A DNA stretch of 64,000 bases. Source: Treponemataceae bacterium. GTDB taxonomy: Bacteria; Spirochaetota; Spirochaetia; Treponematales; Rectinemataceae. Positions 29,747 through 38,668 of this stretch are shown piece after piece. Both the position numbers and the translations under genes were made by a program. Where the stretch lies: the NCBI GenBank assembly GCA_963678065.2, contig CAXXVZ010000003.1, forward strand, positions 512,001 through 576,000, in the 5' to 3' direction. Under the pieces are notes generated by a model. The model saw only the letters and a program-made list of their open reading frames with translations. It made no database searches and was not told where the DNA came from. The number at the start of each line of letters is the position of its first letter. Positions within the stretch are counted from its first letter, which is position 1.

Positions 29747-30315
29747 GAGCTCCCCGATTCAGATCCGGCGCTCCGCGAGAGATCTCCGTCGGTCTTCTGG
29801 CCATCCGCCTTTTCGACCACTTCGAAACCCATATCGATGGGAAAACTCTTGTTGTACAGGTCGAGTACGATCTTGGCCCTTCCCTTGCGCCGGTCCACTT
29901 TGATGATTTTACCTTCCTGGCCTTTGAGGGGCCCTTCTTTGACGACGATCCTGTCGTTTTCATCGAAAATGACTTTGGAGATGGAGCTCTTCCCGGCGAA
30001 ACGCGCAAAATGAAGGACAAGGTGTTTGTCGGCTTCGGTGAGGGGGGTCGGGGCCGTATTGTCCTTCAGGAAGCGGAAAAAGCCAGGAGTGGTGCGGATG
30101 GCCCGGTAGTCATTTCCCCCCGGTTCGAGGACTTCCGTTTCCAGAAATACATATCCGGGAAAGACGGGCGAGTTCTTAGCCTTCTTCTTTCCCAGCTTCT
30201 GAATGTACAGAGTCCTTTTAGGGATAATGAATTTTATGTCGGGACGGAGTATCCCGACATGGCGGACAAAGTCATCTTCGCCGGTGGTCAGCACCTGAAT
30301 CACGTAGTACAGCAT
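29743..30315 (-). CDS. loaP: NusG paralog, LoaP-type antiterminator
   Basis: YYVIQVLTTGE, VFPGYVF (NGN), VKEGPLKGQEGKIIKVDRRKGRA (KOW, basic); not in secE/rplK context. Confidence 0.8.
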   Translation of the reverse strand: MLYYVIQVLTTGEDDFVRHVGILRPDIKFIIPKRTLYIQKLGKKKAKNSPVFPGYVFLETEVLEPGGNDYRAIRTTPGFFRFLKDNTAPTPLTEADKHLVLHFARFAGKSSISKVIFDENDRIVVKEGPLKGQEGKIIKVDRRKGRAKIVLDLYNKSFPIDMGFEVVEKADGQKTDGDLSRSAGSESGSS

Positions 30316-30446
30316 GGTTTTCTTTGTTATAGTATCATATTATCAGTGAAGTGGGGAGTGATTGAGGGAGAGCTGCGGGAGATTCGCTCCATGGATCAAG
30401 CCGTCGGCCGACGTTTCATGGTATACTCCCCGGCATGGAGGATGAC

Positions 30447-31289
30447 GTGGAGAAAAAGGTGCTTGTTCCCTTCCTTTTCATCTGTCTGGCCTTTCTTTCC
30501 GGCGCTTCGTCCTGGGAGGGAGTCGCCGAAGTGGGCACGGCCTCCATGTTTGTCAAAGACGGGCTCTACGCCGCGAGTTCTGTCTTCCCCGAAGGCAGAC
30601 AGGTCGATGTGACCGTCCTTTCCAGCGGGAAAACCCAGAGGGTTCTCATCGTCACCGACCTTTCGCCCGGAACATCGGAACATTTTCTCCTCCTCGCGCC
30701 GCAGGCAGTCGCGGCCCTCGATCTCAAGACCGGTGGAGAGCTCCGCGTTTCCGCAGGCCTTGTCGATGCCGGATTCACGGCTCCCGGCTACGCCGGCGGC
30801 ATGGCCGAGACTTCGGATCCCGACTACAACATGAAACTGCTCGCCATCCGCGAAAAAAATGGCGACTGGGTGGAAAGCGGAAAAGACGCGGGTTCAGGCT
30901 TCGTACCACCGCTCGCCGGTGGGGTCTTTCTCGTCGAGAAATCGGGCAGGCTCGCCTCGGCCGGACCCACGCCGGCTTCCGCGGCCCCAGGGAACCCACA
31001 GACCGCGGCGGCGAAAACTTCGATCGGTTCTTCTTCCTTCGTCGCCCCTCCTCCCTTGCAGGCGGACATGTACCTTCAGGTTGGTGCGTTTTCTACCGCC
31101 AACGCCATGAGCGCAGTAATGCGGCGATTTTCCCCTTTCTTTCCCATGGATGTGCGCTTGTCCACATACAGAGGGAAGCCCCTCTACAGGCTTCTCGTCG
31201 GCCCTCTCTCCTCATCCGACATGGCCACGGCCAAGGCGCGTGCCCGGGCCTCGGGCATCGGGGATGCCTTCGTGACCGACGGGAAATGA
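30447..31289 (+). CDS. secreted SPOR-domain protein
   Basis: Signal peptide, YLQVGAFS...YRLLVGP...GDAFV; RBS GGAGG before GTG 30447. Confidence 0.8.
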   Translation: MEKKVLVPFLFICLAFLSGASSWEGVAEVGTASMFVKDGLYAASSVFPEGRQVDVTVLSSGKTQRVLIVTDLSPGTSEHFLLLAPQAVAALDLKTGGELRVSAGLVDAGFTAPGYAGGMAETSDPDYNMKLLAIREKNGDWVESGKDAGSGFVPPLAGGVFLVEKSGRLASAGPTPASAAPGNPQTAAAKTSIGSSSFVAPPPLQADMYLQVGAFSTANAMSAVMRRFSPFFPMDVRLSTYRGKPLYRLLVGPLSSSDMATAKARARASGIGDAFVTDGK

Positions 31290-31299
31290 TCCGAACCGA

Positions 31300-33276
31300 G
31301 TGAGAACCCTCATGCCGAACGACACGCAATCCCGAAAGAGCGAGCTGGAACGGCTCATCGCGCGCCACCAGGATCTCTATTACAACGGCCAGCCCGAGCT
31401 TTCTGACGCTGAGTTCGATGAACTGTGGGACGAGCTGACCCGCCTCGATCCAGGGAATCTCCTTCTGAAGAAAGTGGGCTCCGATGCCACTGACGGATGG
31501 CCGAAGGCCCATCACATCATTCCGATGGGAAGTCAGAGCAAGGCATCGAGTCCCGAAGAGTTCCTCGCCTGGGCGGGAAAGACAGGACACACCGAATACA
31601 TCGTGCAATACAAGCTCGATGGAGCCAGCATGGAGCTGCAGTACGAAGTCGGTCTTCTGGTGCGTGCCGTGACTCGCGGCGACGGTCAGATCGGCGACGA
31701 CATCACTCCCAATGTCCGGAAAATGTCGGGCCTGCCGCTCCGCCTGCCCGAGCCTTTCACGGGTGGCGTGCGCGGCGAAGTCATCATGACTCACGCGATC
31801 CACAGCCTGAAATACTCCGACAAGGCCAACTGCCGGAACGCGGCCAACGGACTCATGAAACGCAAGGATGGCCAGGGCTCCGAAGATCTTGTCATAATCT
31901 GCTACGACGCAATGTATGCGGGCGCAATGGGGCAGGGCAGCACCGGGATGCAGGCTGCCGCCGCGGTTACCGATAGCCAAGTCGTCGAGGGCGCCTCCGT
32001 CAACCCGCCGACTTTCGCCGACGAACACGCAAAGCGCCGGTGGCTCGTGGACATGGGATTCAATGCCGTGCCCTCAGTCACGTTCAGGAGCCCAGAGGAA
32101 GTTGTGGCTTATCGCGCCAAAGTCATGGACCTTCGGGCGAGCCTGGACTACGACATCGACGGCCTCGTCGTCCGGGATCCCTCAATCGATCCTGCGGATG
32201 CAGCACGGGCAAGACCGGAAAAACAGATCGCCTTCAAATTCAGCCCCGAGGAGGCCATTTCCACGCTCAGAGATGTCGAGTGGAGCGAATCCGGGGCGAC
32301 CTTCACCCCCATAGGCATCGTGGACCCGGTGCGGCTCGCCGGAACCATGGTGAAACGCGCGAATCTCTGCAACACCAACATAATGAAAGACCTCGGCATC
32401 ATGCTCGGGTCCCGCATAGTCATTACGAAACGCGGCGAGATCATTCCCAAGATCGAGAGCCTCGTGGAGAATCCCCCCGGAAGCGAGCCGATTCCCATCC
32501 CTTCTGAATGCTCGTGCGGCTCCGCCCTTGTGGACGAGGGTACGCGGCTTTTCTGTCCCAACCCGTCCTGCCCTAAAAAAACCCTGCACAGACTCGAGAA
32601 GTGGCTTTCAGTCCTCGACGTGATGGACTTCGGCTCCGCCATCATCGCGCGCCTGCACGATTCGGGCAGGGTAAAACGGATAGCCGACCTCTACACCCTG
32701 ACGGTGGACGAACTCTGCCTCCACGAGCGGATGGGCGAGGTCCTCGCCGCGAAGATTCTCCGGAATCTCGCCGCCAAGAAGGAGATAGGGCTCGCCCGCT
32801 TCGTGGCCGGCCTCGATATCGAAGGAATTGGAGAACTCCTCATCGACCGGGCCATCTCGGCCGGCTTTGACAGCCTGGACAAACTTCGCGCCGCGAAAGT
32901 CTCCGACTTGTCGGGAATTTTCGGCATAGCCGACAGAACTGCCGCCGCCATCGTGGAAGGGCTGGCCTCCCTCTCCTCCGAGATCGACGCGCTCGTGCAA
33001 CCAGGCTATGTACATGTGCTCAATGGCGAAGCTGCCGGGCCCCTTGCGGGGAAAAATTTCTGTTTTACCGGCGAATTGCGCAGCATGAAGCGCGGTGAAG
33101 CCGAAGACCTCGTCAAGTCACTCGGAGGAGGCGTCAAATCCTCGGTCACGAAGGACCTCGCCTTCCTTGTCACAAATGACCCCGGCTCTGGTTCGGCCAA
33201 GAACAGGAAGGCGCTCTCCCTCGGGATAGGCATCCTCGACGAGGAGAGTTTCCTCGCCCTGGTCGGCAGGGAGTGA
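31300..33276 (+). CDS. ligA: NAD-dependent DNA ligase
   Basis: KLDG, TRGDG, RNAANG, DIDGLV, zinc finger, HhH, BRCT; start may be ATG 31312. Confidence 0.95.
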   Translation: MRTLMPNDTQSRKSELERLIARHQDLYYNGQPELSDAEFDELWDELTRLDPGNLLLKKVGSDATDGWPKAHHIIPMGSQSKASSPEEFLAWAGKTGHTEYIVQYKLDGASMELQYEVGLLVRAVTRGDGQIGDDITPNVRKMSGLPLRLPEPFTGGVRGEVIMTHAIHSLKYSDKANCRNAANGLMKRKDGQGSEDLVIICYDAMYAGAMGQGSTGMQAAAAVTDSQVVEGASVNPPTFADEHAKRRWLVDMGFNAVPSVTFRSPEEVVAYRAKVMDLRASLDYDIDGLVVRDPSIDPADAARARPEKQIAFKFSPEEAISTLRDVEWSESGATFTPIGIVDPVRLAGTMVKRANLCNTNIMKDLGIMLGSRIVITKRGEIIPKIESLVENPPGSEPIPIPSECSCGSALVDEGTRLFCPNPSCPKKTLHRLEKWLSVLDVMDFGSAIIARLHDSGRVKRIADLYTLTVDELCLHERMGEVLAAKILRNLAAKKEIGLARFVAGLDIEGIGELLIDRAISAGFDSLDKLRAAKVSDLSGIFGIADRTAAAIVEGLASLSSEIDALVQPGYVHVLNGEAAGPLAGKNFCFTGELRSMKRGEAEDLVKSLGGGVKSSVTKDLAFLVTNDPGSGSAKNRKALSLGIGILDEESFLALVGRE

Positions 33277-33587
33277 ACCCCGACGGAGAGGGCTGGCTCA
33301 TCCCCCGGGGCGACCGCGTCCATGTCCTCGTCAAGGTCATTCCCGGGAGTTCCGAGACGGCCTTCGCGGGATTTCGCGAGGACCGGGTTCTCGCACGGAT
33401 CGCGGCCGCTCCCGAAAAGGGGAAGGCCAATGCGGCCCTTGAGGCCCTCTTCGCCGAAAAACTCGGCATCTCCAGAAGCAGCGTGAAGATCGTCGCCGGG
33501 CTCACCGATCGCCGCAAGACAGTCAGCCTTCCCGCCGGCAGCACCCCGGCCCTGCGGTCCTTGATGCGGCGGGGGAGGGCGGGTTAA
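33273..33587 (+). CDS. DUF167/YggU family protein
   Basis: VKVIPG, APEKGKANAAL, G.TDRRK. Confidence 0.85.
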   Translation: MNPDGEGWLIPRGDRVHVLVKVIPGSSETAFAGFREDRVLARIAAAPEKGKANAALEALFAEKLGISRSSVKIVAGLTDRRKTVSLPAGSTPALRSLMRRGRAG

Positions 33588-33626
33588 ACTTCCGCTTCCT
33601 CGAGACTCTCAAAGGAGACCTTGAAC

Positions 33627-35390
33627 ATGTCCGATCTGAAGAGTGCATGGAAAGCCATAGTGGCGCAGGCGATTGGCGCCCACATGACAAATTGCGGAAT
33701 CGCGGGAATCCCGCCCCTCCCCGAATCCGTTGTGTTGGAAAAACCTCCCAGACCGGAACTCGGTGATTTTGGATTCCCCATGTTCCCTTTCGCGAAGTCC
33801 CTCAGATCTTCGCCCGCACTTCTCGCCAAGGCGATCGAAAAGATCATCGCAGCCGATGCAAAGTCCACCGCCCACGGGACAGCCCTCGCGGAGGGCCCCT
33901 ATCTCAACGTCAGACTCGCACGAGCCTCTGCGCTGGAATCCCTCCTTGCGGAAACGGCTTCGGAGAGCTGGGGCCGGAGTTCCGCCCTGGCAGGCCGCCA
34001 CATCATGGTCGAGTTTTCCTGCCCCAACACGAACAAACCCCTCCACCTTGGCCACCTCCGCAACAACATCCTCGGAGAATCGGTTTCCCGCATTCTCGCC
34101 GCCGCGGGAGCCGAAGTCAGGAAAGTCAACCTCATCAACGACCGCGGCGTCCACATCTGCAAATCCATGCTCGCCTACATGCGCTACGGCGAAGGGCGTT
34201 CTCCGGAAGACGAGGGTCTCAAATCCGATCACTTCGTCGGCAAGTACTACGTCATGTTCAACAAGCTCAAGGAAGAGGAGCCGGACGCCGAGTCCCAGGC
34301 CCAGGAACTGCTCAGGCGCTGGGAAGCCGGGGATGCCAGAGTCATCGAGCTCTGGAAGAAAATGAACTCCTGGGCAGTGGAAGGCATCAAATCGACCTAC
34401 CTCAGGCAGGGCATATCTTTCGATTCCTACTATTTCGAGAGCGAAACCTATTCCCGCGGGCGCGAGGAAGTCATGAAGGGGCTCGAATCCGGAATCTTCT
34501 ATAGAGATGAGGATGGCTCTGTCTGGGTCAACCTCGAGGACATCGGCCTCGACCGCAAAGTCCTTCTGCGCCGCGACGGAACAAGCCTCTACATCACTCA
34601 GGACATCGGAACCGCTATCTACCGCCACGACGACTGGGCCTTCGACCGCCTCGTCTATGTCGTTGCGAGCGAGCAGCAGTACCATTTCAAGGTTCTCTTC
34701 GAAGTGCTGAAGCGGCTGGGCTTCGACTGGGCCTCCGATCTGCACCACCTCTCGTACGGCCTCGTCAACCTCCCTTCGGGAAGAATGAAAACGCGTGAGG
34801 GCACTGTCGTCGACGCCGACGATCTCATTGAAGAGCTTGCCAGACTCGCCGCCGCGGAGATCGAGGCAAAGGGGAGGGAAGACGCCGTAGGCGATCTCGG
34901 AGCCATCTCGGAGCGCATAGCCCTCGGAGCCCTGCACTACTACCTCCTGCAGACGGCGCCAGTCAAAGACATGCTCTACGACCCCGAAATGTCTCTTTCC
35001 TTCAACGGGAACACCGGGCCATACATCCAGTACATGGGCGCGCGCGCCTCTTCCATACTGCGCAAGCATGCCGCGGGGGAGGGCAACGCGAAGAAGGGCG
35101 TCGCCTCGGCTTCCTCCCTTTCGGGAGACGCGGACTGGTTCCTCGCGCGGCAGGTATCCGAGTTCTCCGAGGCCATCGACGCCGCGGCGCTCTCACTCGA
35201 GCCTTCCATCCTGGCCAAGTACATGCACGACCTCGCGGCCGCATTCTCTTCTTGGTACAGAGAAAACCCAGTCCTCACCAATCCCGACGCAAACCTCGCG
35301 GCTTCGCGCGTGGCCCTTGTCTCGGCCGTGGCGCGGACCCTGAAAGCCGGCTGCGGGCTTCTCGGCATCCCCTTCCTCTCCGCGATGTAG
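33627..35390 (+). CDS. argS: arginine--tRNA ligase
   Basis: PNTNKPLHLGHLRN (HIGH), MKTREG, GNTGPYIQY. Confidence 0.95.
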   Translation: MSDLKSAWKAIVAQAIGAHMTNCGIAGIPPLPESVVLEKPPRPELGDFGFPMFPFAKSLRSSPALLAKAIEKIIAADAKSTAHGTALAEGPYLNVRLARASALESLLAETASESWGRSSALAGRHIMVEFSCPNTNKPLHLGHLRNNILGESVSRILAAAGAEVRKVNLINDRGVHICKSMLAYMRYGEGRSPEDEGLKSDHFVGKYYVMFNKLKEEEPDAESQAQELLRRWEAGDARVIELWKKMNSWAVEGIKSTYLRQGISFDSYYFESETYSRGREEVMKGLESGIFYRDEDGSVWVNLEDIGLDRKVLLRRDGTSLYITQDIGTAIYRHDDWAFDRLVYVVASEQQYHFKVLFEVLKRLGFDWASDLHHLSYGLVNLPSGRMKTREGTVVDADDLIEELARLAAAEIEAKGREDAVGDLGAISERIALGALHYYLLQTAPVKDMLYDPEMSLSFNGNTGPYIQYMGARASSILRKHAAGEGNAKKGVASASSLSGDADWFLARQVSEFSEAIDAAALSLEPSILAKYMHDLAAAFSSWYRENPVLTNPDANLAASRVALVSAVARTLKAGCGLLGIPFLSAM

Positions 35391-35408
35391 AGGCGGCCCC
35401 AGGCCTTA

Positions 35409-35438
35409 TTGACAGAGCTTCACGCGACGTTGTATAAA
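35409..35438 (+). promoter_or_regulatory. putative promoter of rplU-rpmA
   Basis: TTGACA-18 nt-TATAAA. Confidence 0.55.
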
Positions 35439-35476
35439 CGCTGACTGAGTATTGAATACCATCGAGGTTACCGCAC

Positions 35477-35788
35477 ATGTATGCAGTTGTTGAGATCAAA
35501 GGCAAACAGTACCGCGCAGAAAAAGGCGCTATGCTTCAGGTAGACCGCTTCGACGCCGAAGAAGGCGCTGGAGTCTCTTTTGACAAAGTTCTTCTCCTTT
35601 CCGGCGAGTCCGTCAAGGTGGGTAGCCCCTACGTAGAGGGCGCCGCCGTGAAAGCCGTCGTCCAGAACGAGATCAAGGGCGACAAAGTGGTTGTTTTCAA
35701 GTACAAGCCCAAGAAAGATTATCGCAGAACACAGGGACACAGGCAGAGCTACACGGTTCTCAAGATCGAGGATATCGTCGGAGCCTGA
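35477..35788 (+). CDS. rplU: 50S ribosomal protein L21
   Basis: MYAVVEIKGKQY, GHRQSYT. Confidence 0.96.
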   Translation: MYAVVEIKGKQYRAEKGAMLQVDRFDAEEGAGVSFDKVLLLSGESVKVGSPYVEGAAVKAVVQNEIKGDKVVVFKYKPKKDYRRTQGHRQSYTVLKIEDIVGA

Positions 35789-35932
35789 TTCCGTTTCCCG
35801 CTTTGGGGCTGCATCTTCGGGACCTGAGGGTGGCCCCCCTGCCAGACTGTCCTGTTGTGCAGGCAACTGCCAGCCTGAGAGGGCCTTTCTGATAGGGCAT
35901 CTACAAGACAACATGATTTTGGAGGAATTACT

Positions 35933-36181
35933 ATGCCACACAAGGGCGTAAACGGTCGCGATTCCAATCCCCAGCATCTCGGGGTCAAAGCATACGGAAA
36001 TGAGTTCGTGACAGCCGGTTCGATCATTGTCCGTCAGCGCGGCACCAAGATCCACCCCGGTCTCAATGTCGGAATCGGAAAAGACGATACTCTTTTCGCC
36101 CTCGTGGACGGAAAGGTTTTCTTCAAAGAAGTCCGCAAGCGGAAGTATGCCGGTGTAGAACCGGTAGCCGCGACGGAATAA
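35933..36181 (+). CDS. rpmA: 50S ribosomal protein L27
   Basis: [34 protein letters not shown]. Confidence 0.95.
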   Translation: MPHKGVNGRDSNPQHLGVKAYGNEFVTAGSIIVRQRGTKIHPGLNVGIGKDDTLFALVDGKVFFKEVRKRKYAGVEPVAATE

Positions 36182-36249
36182 CGCGCGCCAAAAGTCTTCC
36201 GGCGTCGTTCCCCTCTGGAACGAAGGACGCCATGCCTTTACGGCGAGCG

Positions 36250-36289
36250 AAAGCCGTCCCGATGCATGAAGGGACGGCTTTGTGTTTTT
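36250..36289 (+). terminator. putative terminator after rpmA
   Basis: AAAGCCGTCCC...GGGACGGCTTT stem followed by GTGTTTTT. Confidence 0.55.
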
Positions 36290-36301
36290 CAGGATTGTTC
36301 A

Positions 36302-37513
36302 GTGATAAAATTTGCCGATGAAGCGATGGTCTTCGTCAGTTCGGGGAAAGGCGGAGACGGTTGCATCGCTTTTCGCCGCGAAAAATTCGTACCTATGGGT
36401 GGACCCGCCGGCGGCGATGGCGGCCGCGGCGGCGACGTCATTTTCGAAGTGCGACGCAACATCAGGACACTCGCCGATCTGCGCTACCACCAGACATTCA
36501 AAGCCCAGAACGGATTCCCCGGCATGGGCAAGAACCGCTACGGCAAAGATGGCGAGGACATCGTCATCCCCGTTCCTCCCGGCACAGTCATCATGGACGC
36601 GGAAACCGGAGAGATGCTCAAGGATTTCGGCTCAGACCGCTCCTCTTCCGTTGACGGCACCCGCTGGATTTTTCTTACGGGCGGCAAGGGCGGAATGGGG
36701 AACACCCATTTCAAGACCTCGACGAACCAGGCCCCAAAGACGGCTCAGCCCGGGAAACCCGGCAGACAGGCCAAACTCAAGATCGAGCTGCAGCTAATCG
36801 CCGACATCGGTTTTGTCGGATTTCCCAATGCCGGCAAATCGAGCCTTCTCGATCATTTTACGAACGCGCGCCCGAAAATCGCCCCGTATCCATTCACTAC
36901 GAAAATTCCAAACCTCGGCATGCTCTACCTTCACGACCGACACATCGTCCTCGCCGACATTCCGGGCATCATCGAGGGAGCCCACGACGGCGCAGGGCTC
37001 GGCATTCGCTTCCTGAAGCATATTTCACGGACAAGTTGCCTCGCCTTCCTCGTCGACCTTTCGGACGACAACAGGGATACGGCATTTTCCGTCCTTCTTG
37101 GCGAACTGGCCGCATTTTCGCCCCGACTCGCAGCCAAGCGCCGCGTGCTGATTGCCACGAAGCTCGATCTGCCCGAGGCCGAAGAGCGCTTCGATGCGTT
37201 CAAGGCCGCCAATCGAGGAGAAGAGATATACGGTATCTCTGTCTTTTCAGGCCGCGGCATGGACGAGCTCAAGGAAGCCTTCTTCAGGATAGTCGCCGAA
37301 GCGGAGACACAGGCTTCGGCGACGAAAGAGGCGGCAGACAGTCTTTTCGAATCATTTGAAGGCGAAGACCTGTTTGACGAGCTGAGCCCCGTGACTCAGG
37401 AAGTTTCCGGGTACACCGGGGCACCCGGGCTTTCTCTCGCGGCAGTCAGCGATGGATCGGCAGACGACGCGCCCGGCATCTCGCTCGGCGACAAGGACCA
37501 TCGCGCAGAATGA
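36302..37513 (+). CDS. obgE: GTPase ObgE/CgtA
   Basis: Gly-rich Obg fold, GFPNAGKS, YPFTT, DIPG, TKLD. Confidence 0.95.
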   Translation: MIKFADEAMVFVSSGKGGDGCIAFRREKFVPMGGPAGGDGGRGGDVIFEVRRNIRTLADLRYHQTFKAQNGFPGMGKNRYGKDGEDIVIPVPPGTVIMDAETGEMLKDFGSDRSSSVDGTRWIFLTGGKGGMGNTHFKTSTNQAPKTAQPGKPGRQAKLKIELQLIADIGFVGFPNAGKSSLLDHFTNARPKIAPYPFTTKIPNLGMLYLHDRHIVLADIPGIIEGAHDGAGLGIRFLKHISRTSCLAFLVDLSDDNRDTAFSVLLGELAAFSPRLAAKRRVLIATKLDLPEAEERFDAFKAANRGEEIYGISVFSGRGMDELKEAFFRIVAEAETQASATKEAADSLFESFEGEDLFDELSPVTQEVSGYTGAPGLSLAAVSDGSADDAPGISLGDKDHRAE

Positions 37514-38085
37514 GAATCCTGGTATTCGGAGGATCTTTCAATCCTCCGCACCTGGGCCACCTTGCCATGGCCGACCATGCCCGCGTGCAGTTCGGCTACG
37601 ACAAAGTCATCCTTGTCCCCTCATTCCGCCCTCCTCACAAAGTCCTCGCAGACGACCCGGGTCCGGAACACAGGAAGGCCATGCTCCTCAAGCTGTGTAT
37701 GCAGGACAGGCATTTCGTGACAGACGACTGCGAGATCGCCCGGGCAGGTACATCCTACACGGTGGACACTATCGCCCTGATCATCGAATTCTATAAACCC
37801 GATGGGAAACCGGGCTTCCTCCTTGGCGACGATCTCGTTCCCGGCTTTTCTTCCTGGAAAGATCCTGAGCGCATAGCCGAAATGGCCGAACTCATTGTTG
37901 CGGGCAGAGAGGAACAGTCTCCTCCCGACTTCCTCTTTCCCCACCGCAACGCAGACAACGAGCGCCTGCCCATCTCCAGCAGCATGATACGGCAGAGGAT
38001 CAGGAACGGCTCAGCCTTCCGCTATCTCGTTCCGGGCCCTGTCTTTGACTATATAGTCGAGAAAGGACTATATGGATTTCGCTGA
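37510..38085 (+). CDS. nadD: nicotinate-nucleotide adenylyltransferase
   Basis: FGGSFNPPHLGH, SYTVDT, ISSSMIR. Confidence 0.93.
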   Translation: MRILVFGGSFNPPHLGHLAMADHARVQFGYDKVILVPSFRPPHKVLADDPGPEHRKAMLLKLCMQDRHFVTDDCEIARAGTSYTVDTIALIIEFYKPDGKPGFLLGDDLVPGFSSWKDPERIAEMAELIVAGREEQSPPDFLFPHRNADNERLPISSSMIRQRIRNGSAFRYLVPGPVFDYIVEKGLYGFR

Positions 38086-38668
38086 GATGATCAGGGACAT
38101 CGACAGGCGTATGACGTCCATGCTGAGCCCTGGAAGAGCCCTCCATTCCCGCCGTGTCGCGGAGCTTTCGGCCGCGATATGCTCTGTTCATGCGATCGCG
38201 CCAGAGAAGGGCGAACTCGCCGGGCTCGCTCACGACATCTGCAAGGAACTCCCCCGCAGCGAGCAGAGTCTCCTGGCAAAGGGTTTCCCGGGAAATCGGC
38301 TCGGAAAAGGCGATGAATCTTCCTTCATATCCGACCATATCCCCCATGGCCCCGCCGCAGCCGTCTGGCTCATAGAAGAGTACGAGCTCGCAGACGATGA
38401 GATCCTCGAAGCTGTCGCCTACCACACTGTCGGCGATCCGAAAATGGGCCCCCTCGCCTCCATCGTGTATTGTGCGGACAAACTGGAACCCGGCCGCCAG
38501 GAAATCAGCGAGGCCTACCGGGAACGCTGCCTGTCGATGTCCATTCCCGACATGGTCGCCTCCGTCTGTTCCCACTCCATAGAGTGGTTGCGCCGGACAG
38601 GCAGGCCTGTTGCTCCTCAGACAATCATCCTGTACAATTCATTGATAAAAACGGTGCGCCAAGCATGA
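38072..38668 (+). CDS. yqeK: YqeK HD-domain Ap4A hydrolase
   Basis: HS..V, HDICK, HG, YHTVG, ADKLEPGR; follows nadD. Confidence 0.88.
   Translation: MDFAEMIRDIDRRMTSMLSPGRALHSRRVAELSAAICSVHAIAPEKGELAGLAHDICKELPRSEQSLLAKGFPGNRLGKGDESSFISDHIPHGPAAAVWLIEEYELADDEILEAVAYHTVGDPKMGPLASIVYCADKLEPGRQEISEAYRERCLSMSIPDMVASVCSHSIEWLRRTGRPVAPQTIILYNSLIKTVRQA

Noticed and set aside
27680..30013. 777-aa plus-strand ORF and other long antisense ORFs (4570-5772, 9594-10853, 23165-24709, 33609-35069)
   Set aside because: Shadows of GC3-rich real genes on the opposite strand; no recognisable motifs
30316..30446. UNCG hairpin of the kind described in LoaP leaders
   Set aside because: Only a 12-bp palindrome (CGTCGGCCGACG) is present; no convincing UNCG stem-loop on the loaP strand
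31918..32010. Low-complexity in-frame insertions in LigA (also RsmB, NFACT, kinase) as inteins or coding palindromic repeats
   Set aside because: About 30 aa, no intein termini, and no shared DNA sequence among the insertions
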